Below the pieces are notes generated by a model. The model made no database searches, had not been told where the DNA came from, and saw only the letters and a list, made by a program, of their open reading frames with translations. A program made the translations under genes and the position numbers. From Gammaproteobacteria bacterium (GTDB lineage Bacteria; Pseudomonadota; Gammaproteobacteria; CAJXQU01), in NCBI GenBank assembly GCA_965238175.1, contig CBDEGZ010000003.1:1760001-1824000 (forward strand): a DNA stretch of 64,000 nt, read 5' to 3'. Of the stretch, positions 1-9,440 are shown one piece after another. The stretch's first letter is position 1, and each line of letters opens with the position of its first letter.

Positions 1-323
1 ATGAAGATGAAGATCTGGAGACTGTTGAAGCTACATTTCTTTTTGATTTATTACCAATTTATATTGCTTTTTTTTCATTTAATTTTCTTTATTTAAAAAA
101 ATTTGATATAAATCAAATAAGTTATGTCGATGAATTGAAAAGAATAGCAACAGTAAAAAAAGTAATTATAAAAAGGTATGAAGAAAAATATAACTTAGAC
201 ACTTCTACTATGAATGATGTAATCATTGATTGTGAATTATTGGGCCAAATTTTTTTCGAATTATTAGAGAAAGATCCATACTTGCAAACATTTTTCAAAA
301 ACTACAACACACCCCAAAGATAG
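1..323 (+). CDS. Hypothetical protein, 3' part (5' end outside window)
   Basis: The frame of ORF 135..323 stays open back to position 3 (EDEDLETVEATFLFDLL...), so the gene is cut by the window edge. Confidence 0.6.
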   Translation, partial: EDEDLETVEATFLFDLLPIYIAFFSFNFLYLKKFDINQISYVDELKRIATVKKVIIKRYEEKYNLDTSTMNDVIIDCELLGQIFFELLEKDPYLQTFFKNYNTPQR

Positions 324-371
324 TTGCGTATTTCCAAACAAAGTTAAATACACATTCGTCCATAAAAAATA

Positions 372-1079
372 TTAGTACATATTATGAATAGAGTATAATT
401 CTATCTTTTCGCCTTCGGTTTCAGCTTGTTCTAGAGTGTATTGCTTGATTTTTTCAGCCAAGTCTAAATCCTTGATATATTTATATGCGTAATCAGTAGG
501 GTAATAAGAACGATTATTTTTAAGAAGATAATTGATTTTTTCAGTTTCTACTAACATTCTTGCGAAACGAAAGGCATTCATTTGTGCAGCTACGTGCAAA
601 GCTGTATTCATTGTTTTTGGGTGCTGAAAGTTTACGCTATAACCAGCATCTATCATTATTTTCCCGTCACTTACCAAGTCATGCTCTGCCGAGAGAATAA
701 ACTCATTTCCTAAGATAAATAGTTTTCGTTCGCGCATAATATCTGGGTGATAGTCTTCAGACATTTCAGCGTATTTTTCTTGTGACTTTTGATTAATGAA
801 TTTATTAAACAATGTTGTGATCATCAAGTCAGTCTGTTTATGTGAGAGTTCATCTTCCATGACAAATTCTTTCTGTGTATATTCATTAGACCGATAAACT
901 AAAAGTAATTGATTGTGTAAATGATCAATATTTTTCTCAGAGTTACTTCTAACTGTCCCACGAAAAGCCCTACCTTTTGGCTTGTCTGGTTTTTTGTTGT
1001 ATTTGATTTGCTCTAAAATTGGTTTTATACGACCATCTAAGACTGCATCTACATGTGCTAACCAGTCTTTATTACTCAT
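372..1079 (-). CDS. Ankyrin-repeat-containing protein
   Basis: C-terminal GYSVNFQHPKTMNTALHVAAQMNAFRFARMLV...NNRSYYPTDYA fits the ankyrin TALHxAA consensus. Confidence 0.7.
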   Translation of the reverse strand: MSNKDWLAHVDAVLDGRIKPILEQIKYNKKPDKPKGRAFRGTVRSNSEKNIDHLHNQLLLVYRSNEYTQKEFVMEDELSHKQTDLMITTLFNKFINQKSQEKYAEMSEDYHPDIMRERKLFILGNEFILSAEHDLVSDGKIMIDAGYSVNFQHPKTMNTALHVAAQMNAFRFARMLVETEKINYLLKNNRSYYPTDYAYKYIKDLDLAEKIKQYTLEQAETEGEKIELYSIHNMY

Positions 1080-1127
1080 TCCTGAAAATACTCATAGATG
1101 ATATTTAATGTTATGGCAAGAAGAAAA

Positions 1128-2003
1128 TTATACATCATCAAATATTAAGAGGTTATGCTGATTATTGCTCAACCACTCATCTAAAATAAGTCTACTATCG
1201 ACCAAAGAATTTTGGTTTATGCCAACTGCGATTTGTTGATCAAGAAAACACATGAATTTAACCTTTCCTTTTTTTGAAAATGCTTCTTCATTAAATCCAA
1301 CGGGAAGTAACAAATGGTTATGTCCTTTTACTTCATCTTGAAACATAATATATAGATTATCTTCTGGTGCTATAATCAACCAACCAAACCAGACAATCTT
1401 TGTGGGTTCTGAATCTGATTCTAAGATAGTTGAATTTCCAAAAATTTTAGCTCCCAGTACATTTTCATACCCATCGACTTTTTCTGTCTTCATTTTAAGA
1501 TTGTAAGATATCATTCGTGTGCCGTCAGAAGAATAATTTTTTATGGTTTTACATTCATATTCATCCTTGAACTTATCGAGTGTTACGTTTGATTTTTCAT
1601 CAGTCTTCGCATGAAAAAAATTTGCAAGAATAACGGCTTCTTTTGATATTGTTGGAATGACATTATGTAGCTTTTCAAACGTAAGCTTAGTAAATTCATT
1701 TGAAGGGTCAGTCAAATACAAATCAAGCAATAAATGTTGGGGGTCACTTAAAGGAACCAACTTTTTTGCAAACCGCTCTAAATTCGCCTTATCAATTCCA
1801 AAATCAATTTCTTTTATCTCTTTAAATTCAGGTGGAAGATTAGCTCTATTATTTTCTAATAAATATTCTGAATCACCTGCAATTATTTGTTGCAGTGTCG
1901 ACCATCCCGCGGCCTTTTGTGTTTTAGGATTTATTACTTGCCCATAAATATTTCTCAAAATATCTTCCTGCATAAGTTCGATTTGTTCTGGTGTGTATAG
2001 CAT
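1128..2003 (-). CDS. Hypothetical protein (possible N-terminal HTH-like region)
   Basis: 291-aa ORF divergent from the 2124 operon; IDKANLERFAKK segment is loosely HTH-like. Confidence 0.55.
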   Translation of the reverse strand: MLYTPEQIELMQEDILRNIYGQVINPKTQKAAGWSTLQQIIAGDSEYLLENNRANLPPEFKEIKEIDFGIDKANLERFAKKLVPLSDPQHLLLDLYLTDPSNEFTKLTFEKLHNVIPTISKEAVILANFFHAKTDEKSNVTLDKFKDEYECKTIKNYSSDGTRMISYNLKMKTEKVDGYENVLGAKIFGNSTILESDSEPTKIVWFGWLIIAPEDNLYIMFQDEVKGHNHLLLPVGFNEEAFSKKGKVKFMCFLDQQIAVGINQNSLVDSRLILDEWLSNNQHNLLIFDDV

Positions 2004-2123
2004 TTGAATAGACTATATATGGGCTATTTTCTTGTCTATGCGGTAAGTATGCGGGGCACGTTTGATTAGGACTGGTTTAATCATATCTCTAGTACATTCA
2101 AATATAATTTGAGGTTTGAGATC

Positions 2124-2831
2124 ATGAGAGAGAACATCATTAATAGTAAGGTTGAAAATGTAAGTATAAGCTATTCCACGCCCATTTTCGCCAAGTTCCG
2201 TATCTTTTTATTATGGTTGTTTGTCATTGGTACAGTGGTTGGAGGCTTTTACCTTAGCAATGAACATGGCTCGTTCATTAAAGGTTGGGTATACAGTATG
2301 ACCGGCGAGTATATTGGAACCGGAAGTGTGTTGTTCTTTTTTGTATCCATTGCAATGATAGTCTGGTTCATTTTTCTCTCAAAAATATTCTTTTTTGCAG
2401 ACGATCATTTTCAATTTAGACGCACTAAAACGATTTCTTTAAATACTGATGAGATTAGCTTTACTCAATGGGGAGTCACCAAAAAATTTGATCACAAATT
2501 ACCTGCTCGTTTTGTACTTCGTCCACATGATAAGGGAGTAAAAGAAGCTGAGCGACATAGCTATTTGGTCAACAAGGCAAGCAAAAAAGGCAAAGCCCTC
2601 GCTCCACGAAAATTCTACCAAAAGAGTTTCACTCTATCTCTCGAACATATGGGTGAGCGCCACGATATTGCCAGTATTTTTGGCAAGCTTCAAGCCGAGA
2701 AGACGGTTGCATTATTGGATGCCAAGTTAACCAGTATAAAAGCGGCGGCTCGAACAGGTCGAGGTGTGGCAGAGTATGCTGAAGATGAATGGAGTCGCGA
2801 GGCGGGTTCATTATTTCGTGACCAAGAATAA
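2124..2831 (+). CDS. Membrane protein, two predicted TM helices plus soluble domain
   Basis: Two hydrophobic stretches; ATG 2124 follows GAGGT (ORF extends to TTG 2109). Confidence 0.6.
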   Translation: MRENIINSKVENVSISYSTPIFAKFRIFLLWLFVIGTVVGGFYLSNEHGSFIKGWVYSMTGEYIGTGSVLFFFVSIAMIVWFIFLSKIFFFADDHFQFRRTKTISLNTDEISFTQWGVTKKFDHKLPARFVLRPHDKGVKEAERHSYLVNKASKKGKALAPRKFYQKSFTLSLEHMGERHDIASIFGKLQAEKTVALLDAKLTSIKAAARTGRGVAEYAEDEWSREAGSLFRDQE

Positions 2832-2858
2832 TTATCAAACAAGCAAAGGAGAAAAGTC

Positions 2859-3290
2859 ATGTCTGATGAAAAACAATCGGATCAAACGAATTTTCAAGAC
2901 ACCGTAACCAATGAAATTGAACTTCAGCAATCCCGTGATGAATATCACGACTGGCTGGATGAGGATTGGAAACGACAGCGAGACAACCTTGCCCCCGAAC
3001 AAGCTCCACAACTAACACCTTCATTTGCAATTGGAGATCCTAGAGAAGTGCAGCGTCAATATAACGAGCGTAAGCGTGATTACTATCAAAAACAGAAACA
3101 AATTGATGATGCTTTTGATGATCTGACAATGGATGTACGAGAAAACGGCACAACATTGAGTGATGAGTTTGAAAGTGAATCGAACGAAGTGGAAAAAAGA
3201 TCAGAAAGTAGGGCGCAAGAGGATCGTTACGTCACACGAGAATTTAACGATAAGCATTCACAAGAGAATGATTATTCACGTTCTCGTTAA
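2859..3290 (+). CDS. Acidic coiled-coil hypothetical protein ending in YSRSR
   Basis: AAGGAG RBS, 143-aa ORF rich in D/E/Q/R. Confidence 0.65.
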   Translation: MSDEKQSDQTNFQDTVTNEIELQQSRDEYHDWLDEDWKRQRDNLAPEQAPQLTPSFAIGDPREVQRQYNERKRDYYQKQKQIDDAFDDLTMDVRENGTTLSDEFESESNEVEKRSESRAQEDRYVTREFNDKHSQENDYSRSR

Positions 3291-3390
3291 GTGTTGAATG
3301 TGGATCTACACATGAGGAGCCCATGAGGAAAGCGAAAAATTATTGTGAGTATATTTAGGGTGCGTATTCAAAAATCATGGAGATATAAAA

Positions 3391-4617
3391 ATGAGATTTA
3401 AAAAAATATTTAACGGGGAATATATTCCAACCAAGGTAGCCGCCTTAGGTAGCTCATTCATGTCCGGCATGGGCGTCTATGTTTCTAATCCCGGTATTGA
3501 TGGGATCACACAAGGGGCTTGTATCGCCTTAGCGTTTTTCTTTTTACTCTCAGCCGGATGGAGTACGGCATTTGACATTGTGAAAAGTAATTGTAAGACG
3601 ACGACTAAAAGATATATTTTAATAGTCAGCTTATTAATGGGGCCCGCGATAGGCGCGATTTCTTCACAAACAAATATGATCTTTATGGCAGGCTCTTCGG
3701 CACATGAACTTGTCAGAGATGAATATGTTGGTGAAACAGAAGAAACCACAAAAGTAATTTATGCCAATGCACAAGAGATTTATTCCATGTTACCTTCGGT
3801 CGATGCACTGTGTCATCAGTTTACTCAGGATGCGAAATTAGAATTCGAGACAGGGCAGTTTTCCTCTGCACCAGGCACAGGTGCTGTTCACACATCACTT
3901 TCAGATACGGCAACAGCACTATGCACTGCTGCTGAGGCATTACGTACGGATATGGTCTTGTTTACACCTAAACAGCAAGAGATTAACACCCTGGTTGATC
4001 AAATGAGATCCGTTCTGCGATCTAAGAATACGGGTGAGTTTAAACAGGCCAAAGTTTCTGATTTAAGTTTGAACCTAACGAGCTTATTAGCCGAGTTGGA
4101 TAAACGAAATTTTGCATCGAGTTTGCTGGATATCATTTCGAGTTCAGAAGCCTCCGGCATGCATGTGAACCAACTCTCTTCTTCCTCAAAAATAAAAGCG
4201 AATCAGGTGGCCGCCTTAGGTCAGTTGAAAGCCTACATTCGAAGTCACTCAAATGCTCTTACAACGAGATTAAGTACGTTCAGAGGCAAAGAGGTAACGA
4301 TACCAGGTGCATTAGAAAAGATGACAATGAATGCCGCAGTACTGAAAATGTGGCGGAATTTTTTGGCCGTTATATGCATCTCAATCGCGATTGATTTCTT
4401 TCCTTATTTTTTATTGCTGATGTATTACTTCGGCACCGAAGGTAATTCAAGAAAGCATGCTTATGAAGAAGAGATGCGAGATATGACGGCAGTAGAACTG
4501 GAGATGGCAAAAATCGTGTTGAAAAAATTAGCTGAACGGAATAGTCAAGATGAAGTTGAACTTATCTCGAATGATAAAGATGACAATGACGATCCTGATG
4601 GTGGAGGTGACAAATGA
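3391..4617 (+). CDS. Membrane protein with long periplasmic helical region
   Basis: GGAG RBS; three N-terminal and one C-terminal hydrophobic segments. Confidence 0.7.
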   Translation: MRFKKIFNGEYIPTKVAALGSSFMSGMGVYVSNPGIDGITQGACIALAFFFLLSAGWSTAFDIVKSNCKTTTKRYILIVSLLMGPAIGAISSQTNMIFMAGSSAHELVRDEYVGETEETTKVIYANAQEIYSMLPSVDALCHQFTQDAKLEFETGQFSSAPGTGAVHTSLSDTATALCTAAEALRTDMVLFTPKQQEINTLVDQMRSVLRSKNTGEFKQAKVSDLSLNLTSLLAELDKRNFASSLLDIISSSEASGMHVNQLSSSSKIKANQVAALGQLKAYIRSHSNALTTRLSTFRGKEVTIPGALEKMTMNAAVLKMWRNFLAVICISIAIDFFPYFLLLMYYFGTEGNSRKHAYEEEMRDMTAVELEMAKIVLKKLAERNSQDEVELISNDKDDNDDPDGGGDK

Positions 4618-4856
4618 ACTGGGAAACGGTATCCATGGTGTTACGTTTTATTTATTCCAAACGCGAAAGCATCAGAACCTATCTGCTGATTATTTTTTTT
4701 ATTGCACTTGCAGCGATCAATATAAAGGTTAAACAAAAAGAATATGAGAGTGCAGAAGATAGAAATGCAGTGAGTAGAAGAGTACCTATTGAGATACAAG
4801 AAAAATGTAGGTATATCGATAAAACGTTTCAGATCTGTGATGTTAAAGAAATTTAG
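4614..4856 (+). CDS. Small membrane-anchored hypothetical protein
   Basis: ATGA overlap with upstream stop, GGAGG RBS, one TM segment, two C-terminal Cys. Confidence 0.55.
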   Translation: MNWETVSMVLRFIYSKRESIRTYLLIIFFIALAAINIKVKQKEYESAEDRNAVSRRVPIEIQEKCRYIDKTFQICDVKEI

Positions 4857-4860
4857 GAGA

Positions 4861-5499
4861 ATGGTAATGAAAAATTATTTCATTGGTTTTTTTACAATAG
4901 TTTTATGCTTGTTTTTTATTTTTAATAGTACGAAGGTTGATGCGAGAGAAGACCATCTCAACGTTGACGATGTAAATATTATTTGTTCGTTTAAGAGTTA
5001 TAAATTTAATGGCGTCATAAAATTAGTCGAACCAAAACCTGAAGCGCTAAGAGCGGTTGAATTGTTGACGGACATTGCAGGCATTGAAAACGATATTGAG
5101 GTTTTCGGTGCAGAAATAGATCCTAGTGCAACGTTTATTGCTTTTGCGACCTTAAGAGAGGGCAAGAAAATAATTGTTTACGATGCAGCTAAGATGTTCG
5201 TTTATGGGCAGAACACAATTACTTTTCAATCTTTGTCTATCATGGCACATGAGGTAGGTCACCATTTAGGATCTCATACAATTAGGAAAATGAGGCCGCG
5301 CCATGAACAGGAATTAGAAGCCGACAAAGTTTCCGGTGCCCAACTCAGAATTTTAAATGCAACGAAGAAGCAAGCGTTGTCATACCACAGTCTTGTCTCT
5401 GTTGAAGCGACAGAAAATCACCCCGGAAAAGAAAAGCGTATGAATGCTATTTTGGAAGGTTGGAAGAATGCGGATTTAGTGATGAGAAATAATCATTAG
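4861..5499 (+). CDS. Exported M48-like zinc metallopeptidase
   Basis: AHEVGHH zinc motif plus ELEAD third ligand and HPxxxxR motif; N-terminal signal/anchor; AGGAG RBS. Confidence 0.75.
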   Translation: MVMKNYFIGFFTIVLCLFFIFNSTKVDAREDHLNVDDVNIICSFKSYKFNGVIKLVEPKPEALRAVELLTDIAGIENDIEVFGAEIDPSATFIAFATLREGKKIIVYDAAKMFVYGQNTITFQSLSIMAHEVGHHLGSHTIRKMRPRHEQELEADKVSGAQLRILNATKKQALSYHSLVSVEATENHPGKEKRMNAILEGWKNADLVMRNNH

Positions 5500-5536
5500 T
5501 GTTCATGAAAGTAGAGCATAACAATATATATCTATA

Positions 5537-5565
5537 TTGACATGACTATATAGTCATGATAAAGT
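5537..5565 (+). promoter_or_regulatory. Sigma70 promoter with palindromic operator in its spacer
   Basis: TTGACA(5537-5542)-17 nt-TAAAGT(5560-5565); perfect 18-bp palindrome CATGACTATATAGTCATG at 5541-5558. Confidence 0.7.
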
Positions 5566-5585
5566 TAGTAGTAGAAGGATAGATA

Positions 5586-6017
5586 ATGGCAATTCCCGCG
5601 TTAAATGAAAAGGGTGAATTAGAGGCCGGTGAGCATGAAGCGACACTGGATGAAGTAGAAGCCGTTTATGGTTCTTCTTCACCTCGCAGGCAATACCTAA
5701 TGCAGGGATTGCGTGATGCAGCTTATAGCTTGAGTGAAGCTGGTGTTAAAAGCATCTGGATTGATGGCAGTTTTATCACGGATAAGCGTGAGCCGAATGA
5801 TATAGACGGGTGCTGGGAATACACTAACTCGGTCAATATCAGCAAGCTTGACCCGGTATTTTTAGGTTCAAGAGAAGATGCGAAAAAAAAATATGGTTTG
5901 GATTTTTTTATTTCCAATATTGTCGAAGCAGGAAGTGGCTTACCTTTTCCGAAGTTTTTTCAGGTAAACCGTGAAGGTGATGCCAAGGGCATTATTGTTG
6001 TGAAGTTAGGAGACTGA
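5586..6017 (+). CDS. Minimal nucleotidyltransferase-fold protein (DUF6932-like)
   Basis: WIDGSFITDKREPNDID = GS...DxD polymerase-beta-type NTase motif; N-terminal IPxxxxxGxLxxGxH. Confidence 0.75.
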   Translation: MAIPALNEKGELEAGEHEATLDEVEAVYGSSSPRRQYLMQGLRDAAYSLSEAGVKSIWIDGSFITDKREPNDIDGCWEYTNSVNISKLDPVFLGSREDAKKKYGLDFFISNIVEAGSGLPFPKFFQVNREGDAKGIIVVKLGD

Positions 6018-6019
6018 TA

Positions 6020-6433
6020 ATGATTACAAGCGATAAACAGTACGCGGCTTCTAAAAAGCAATTGGCAGTGCTTCAAGAATCATTAGCGACTGACATGAAA
6101 AAAGATATCCCTAAGCTTATTAAAGAAGCAGGTAAGGCCCAATTGCAAGAATTGATCGATGAGGTTCAATCTGAAATTGCGGAATACGAAACCTTAAAGA
6201 GCTGCGACTTGGAGGATTTAAAAATTCATTCCATTCAGGATTTAATGGTGATACCTATTCGCTACCGAATTGTATCGCATATGAGTGTTGATGCGTTTAG
6301 CCGTAAGGTGGGTATTAGCGCCCGGCAGATACACCGGTACGAGTCTGAAAATTACAATAATGCCAACACAAGCACTTTGAAGAAGATATTGGATAAGTTG
6401 GATGTGAGTCTTGATGGTCATGTCACTTCGTAA
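6020..6433 (+). CDS. XRE-family HTH protein (HigA-like antitoxin/regulator)
   Basis: MITSDKQY start and C-terminal HTH (SVDAFSRKVGISARQIHRYESENY); starts 2 nt after upstream stop. Confidence 0.75.
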   Translation: MITSDKQYAASKKQLAVLQESLATDMKKDIPKLIKEAGKAQLQELIDEVQSEIAEYETLKSCDLEDLKIHSIQDLMVIPIRYRIVSHMSVDAFSRKVGISARQIHRYESENYNNANTSTLKKILDKLDVSLDGHVTS

Positions 6434-6811
6434 GCAAAAAGCTTGGAAAACGAATAGCTACGAAGAAAGGCCAGTATTTCTGCTTGTTTTAGAGTGGGCA
6501 ATAAAATGGAAACATTCAAGAATGAGCTAATATTTTTGAAGCAAAATTAAAAAAGCCCAACCATCCAATGGTCGAGCTCAAGATTATTACTTACATGGAG
6601 GCTTCGTTGTTAAGAGCCATGCTTTAACCCTCAAAACTAACCAGCCCAAATAATATAAACAACTATCTTCATAATCAATTACTACGCTGCAAACTATTGT
6701 TATTTGATTGAGGGTAGTAATACCCAAGTTTAGTTAATCATTGTTTCGCCATATTGGGGGGGGTGTACTATCATGTAGAATCTATAGGGGAATTTGGGGA
6801 CTCTTCAACAC

Positions 6812-8098
6812 ATGAAAAACATCGGTTTCAAATCACAGTCTGGCTTTTCACTTATAGAGCTCACTATTGTATTACTCATAGTTTCTTTGTTGGGGCTAGG
6901 CGCACTGAAAAGCATTGGAACGATAAGAGAAAAGATCAGCTTTTCAGAAACAAATAACAGTTTAGATAAAATCACAGCATCACTTCAATTATTTCTCATA
7001 AACAATAACCGATTACCTTGTCCTGCTGATCCCACTTTAGATTCCTCCGATGCTAATTATGGTCTTGAGATGGCGGCGGCAACTGCGACTACCAATGTCT
7101 GTGATGCGTCACGAACAATTGGAATTGGATTTGTTGGTGTATTACCTTTCAATTCATTAAATCTTGATCCGTCCATTAGGTACGATGGTTGGAATCAACA
7201 ATATACTTATGCTGTAGCTGCAAATACTACAACCTTTGAATCATATACTCAGGATAGTTGGACACCCGGCGGCAATATTATTCAAGTTTTGAACGATTCT
7301 GCCACTGCGGTACCTATAACAAATGAAGCTATTTTCGTCTTGGTATCGCATGGGCCAAACGGTAATGGTTCAATCCGTATTAATGGAAATGTCAGTGCGG
7401 CTTCACCTGCCGGGGCTACTGATGAACTTGAAAACCTTAGAGATGATCTTGTTTTCGTTGATGCTATTCGTACTGACGATGAAGTTGCGCCATATGATGA
7501 TGTGATGGTTTTTAAAACTGAAGAGCAGTTAGTCTTTCCGTTAGAACAATTAGGTTCTTTGGAGTCAAAAAGAAAAATTGTGAATGAACAATTAGATGCT
7601 ATTGAACATAGCTTGTTTGATGCGATTGCCTCCAACAATACCGATCCAGATGGCGTCCCAAGTGATCCAGCTACTCCTGCCCCTTTATATTGTAGTTGTG
7701 TTGCTGGTTATATTTATCCATCGGGGCCAAATATTGGGTTAGAAATACCAGTGTGCTCATCAGGATGTAATAGAACGATTAGACATGCGATTGAGCCGCC
7801 TTCGGGAGGAGCAATACCCGTTCCCTTTGTGGCATTAAATTTAACCCAAGCCGATGTTACCGATCCTTGGGGTACACCTATTGATTATATTATTGGTGCA
7901 GGTGGACTATTAGAAGATTTTGCTGGCACCGCAGGAACTGAAGGCATCTATTCAAACTCGGCAGCCGCGACGCTTTATACTTTAACTTCGGCAGGGCCAG
8001 ATACGAATTTAGCAACGATAGCTGATAACATCACGAGAACAGTTACGCCAGGTGAAATGGTTGGAAGACTTGCTGCTGCTGGAATTAAAGTGGACTAA
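6812..8098 (+). CDS. Prepilin-type N-terminal cleavage/methylation domain protein (pseudopilin-like)
   Basis: G^FSLIELTIVLLIV prepilin motif; RLPCPA, DGWNQQYTYAV, LVSHGPNG, DPWGTPIDY, SAGPD motifs. Confidence 0.8.
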   Translation: MKNIGFKSQSGFSLIELTIVLLIVSLLGLGALKSIGTIREKISFSETNNSLDKITASLQLFLINNNRLPCPADPTLDSSDANYGLEMAAATATTNVCDASRTIGIGFVGVLPFNSLNLDPSIRYDGWNQQYTYAVAANTTTFESYTQDSWTPGGNIIQVLNDSATAVPITNEAIFVLVSHGPNGNGSIRINGNVSAASPAGATDELENLRDDLVFVDAIRTDDEVAPYDDVMVFKTEEQLVFPLEQLGSLESKRKIVNEQLDAIEHSLFDAIASNNTDPDGVPSDPATPAPLYCSCVAGYIYPSGPNIGLEIPVCSSGCNRTIRHAIEPPSGGAIPVPFVALNLTQADVTDPWGTPIDYIIGAGGLLEDFAGTAGTEGIYSNSAAATLYTLTSAGPDTNLATIADNITRTVTPGEMVGRLAAAGIKVD

Positions 8099-8107
8099 AC
8101 GAATCTC

Positions 8108-8305
8108 ATGAAAACATCTGAAGCACTATCACGGTTTCTACTATATACATTCGCAGCCTTCATCGTTCTGTTGATGCCAATAATTTTTATGGGTGAAGCT
8201 TCATCGGTGGATGAAATGTATGGACTAATGTTAAGAAGTTTATTGTTCTCTGTTGCTATTGGAGTATTGGGAACGCTACTTGTTCAGATAAGATCTAAAC
8301 AATAG
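8108..8305 (+). CDS. Small two-TM membrane protein
   Basis: 65-aa ORF with two hydrophobic helices, 9 nt after the pseudopilin gene. Confidence 0.5.
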   Translation: MKTSEALSRFLLYTFAAFIVLLMPIIFMGEASSVDEMYGLMLRSLLFSVAIGVLGTLLVQIRSKQ

Positions 8306-8368
8306 ATTCGTGACACTTATATAAACGTAAAACCACACAAGTTTAGCTAAAAAAGAGAGTCGAAAATC

Positions 8369-8590
8369 TTACCAAAACTGTTCAATATGCTCACGCACGG
8401 CCTGATCAAAACAACTAAGATTGTCGTCTTCAACCAATTGCTCGATATACCGATCACAAACGGCCAATTTGATCATCATCAGACCGTAATTGGATAGTTG
8501 TTTCCGATAGTACGCTTCCTTTTCTTTTTGGTTCATTATTAATAGTTTATTGTCCGGCACATCAACTCCTTCTTTTTGCAGTTTAAACAA
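8369..8590 (-). CDS. Small hypothetical protein
   Basis: Directly abuts the recombinase stop; start uncertain. Confidence 0.4.
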   Translation of the reverse strand: MFKLQKEGVDVPDNKLLIMNQKEKEAYYRKQLSNYGLMMIKLAVCDRYIEQLVEDDNLSCFDQAVREHIEQFW

Positions 8591-9196
8591 TCACAAACAA
8601 TTCTTGTAAAGGTCTTCAATCTCTTGAGGCTGAATACACAGATATTCCAAAGTTTCTTGTTCTGAGGAATGCCCAAAGGCGCGTGAAATAAGTACCAAGG
8701 GTTCATTAAAGGTTTTGCGCATGTGATAGCCCCATGTCTTACGCAGACTGTGAGAGCCGTAATTGCCGGGTAAATCGATATCCTTGCACCATTGTTTAAC
8801 TAGGTTATGTACACGGTTCGGTGAAATCGCGCTATACGGTTTTGTCAGCGAGCATATCAACGGGGCTTCTGGGCAATTATTGGGGTGATGCTGAAGCCAG
8901 AAATGCAACACTTCAATAGCCGATTGATTGAGCGAGATGGCTCGATACTCACCATTTTTACTTTGCTTGATGTCCAGTCGGTCACCGGCTTTTAAATGAC
9001 GGACTTGACCCAAACTAATCGAAACCAGTTCATTGGCACGATAGGCCGTATTTATTCCAAAGACAAATAAACACAAATCACGCGGACGATTTTTTAATCG
9101 TTTTTTGATGTTTTTAATCGACGATAAATTGCGAATAGGTTCGACTTTGATAGAAGAACCTTTAACGGGGTGGTTTGGGTTTTTAATGGCGCTCAT
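8591..9196 (-). CDS. Small tyrosine recombinase (catalytic domain only; resolvase/invertase-like)
   Basis: RDLCLF..GINTAYR (R), HSLRKT (HxxR), GHSS (H), TLEYL (Y); 201 aa, no arm-binding domain. Confidence 0.9.
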   Translation of the reverse strand: MSAIKNPNHPVKGSSIKVEPIRNLSSIKNIKKRLKNRPRDLCLFVFGINTAYRANELVSISLGQVRHLKAGDRLDIKQSKNGEYRAISLNQSAIEVLHFWLQHHPNNCPEAPLICSLTKPYSAISPNRVHNLVKQWCKDIDLPGNYGSHSLRKTWGYHMRKTFNEPLVLISRAFGHSSEQETLEYLCIQPQEIEDLYKNCL

Positions 9197-9252
9197 AACT
9201 TCCTAAGCAGCGCTTTAGAGGGGTGGGGAGACAGGTTTGAGCAGCCCTGACC

Positions 9253-9390
9253 AACTTCTCGGGGAAAGTTAATAATATATGGAAACATCAATTCCGTCAA
9301 AGGCTTAACTTTCTCTGAAAACACCAAAACATACACGCGCCCGCTCAAAAATGAGTGCTGATAATGGATACCAACTTTCCCCGAGAAGTT
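9253..9390. repeat. Perfect 18-bp inverted repeat pair enclosing a sigma70-like promoter
   Basis: AACTTCTCGGGGAAAGTT (9253-9270) is the exact reverse complement of AACTTTCCCCGAGAAGTT (9373-9390); minus-strand TTGACG-17-TATTAT at 9300-9272. Confidence 0.8.
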
Positions 9391-9440
9391 AAAGACATTT
9401 TTTCAATAAAACTGTTTTTAACGAAATAAATTCATCTATT

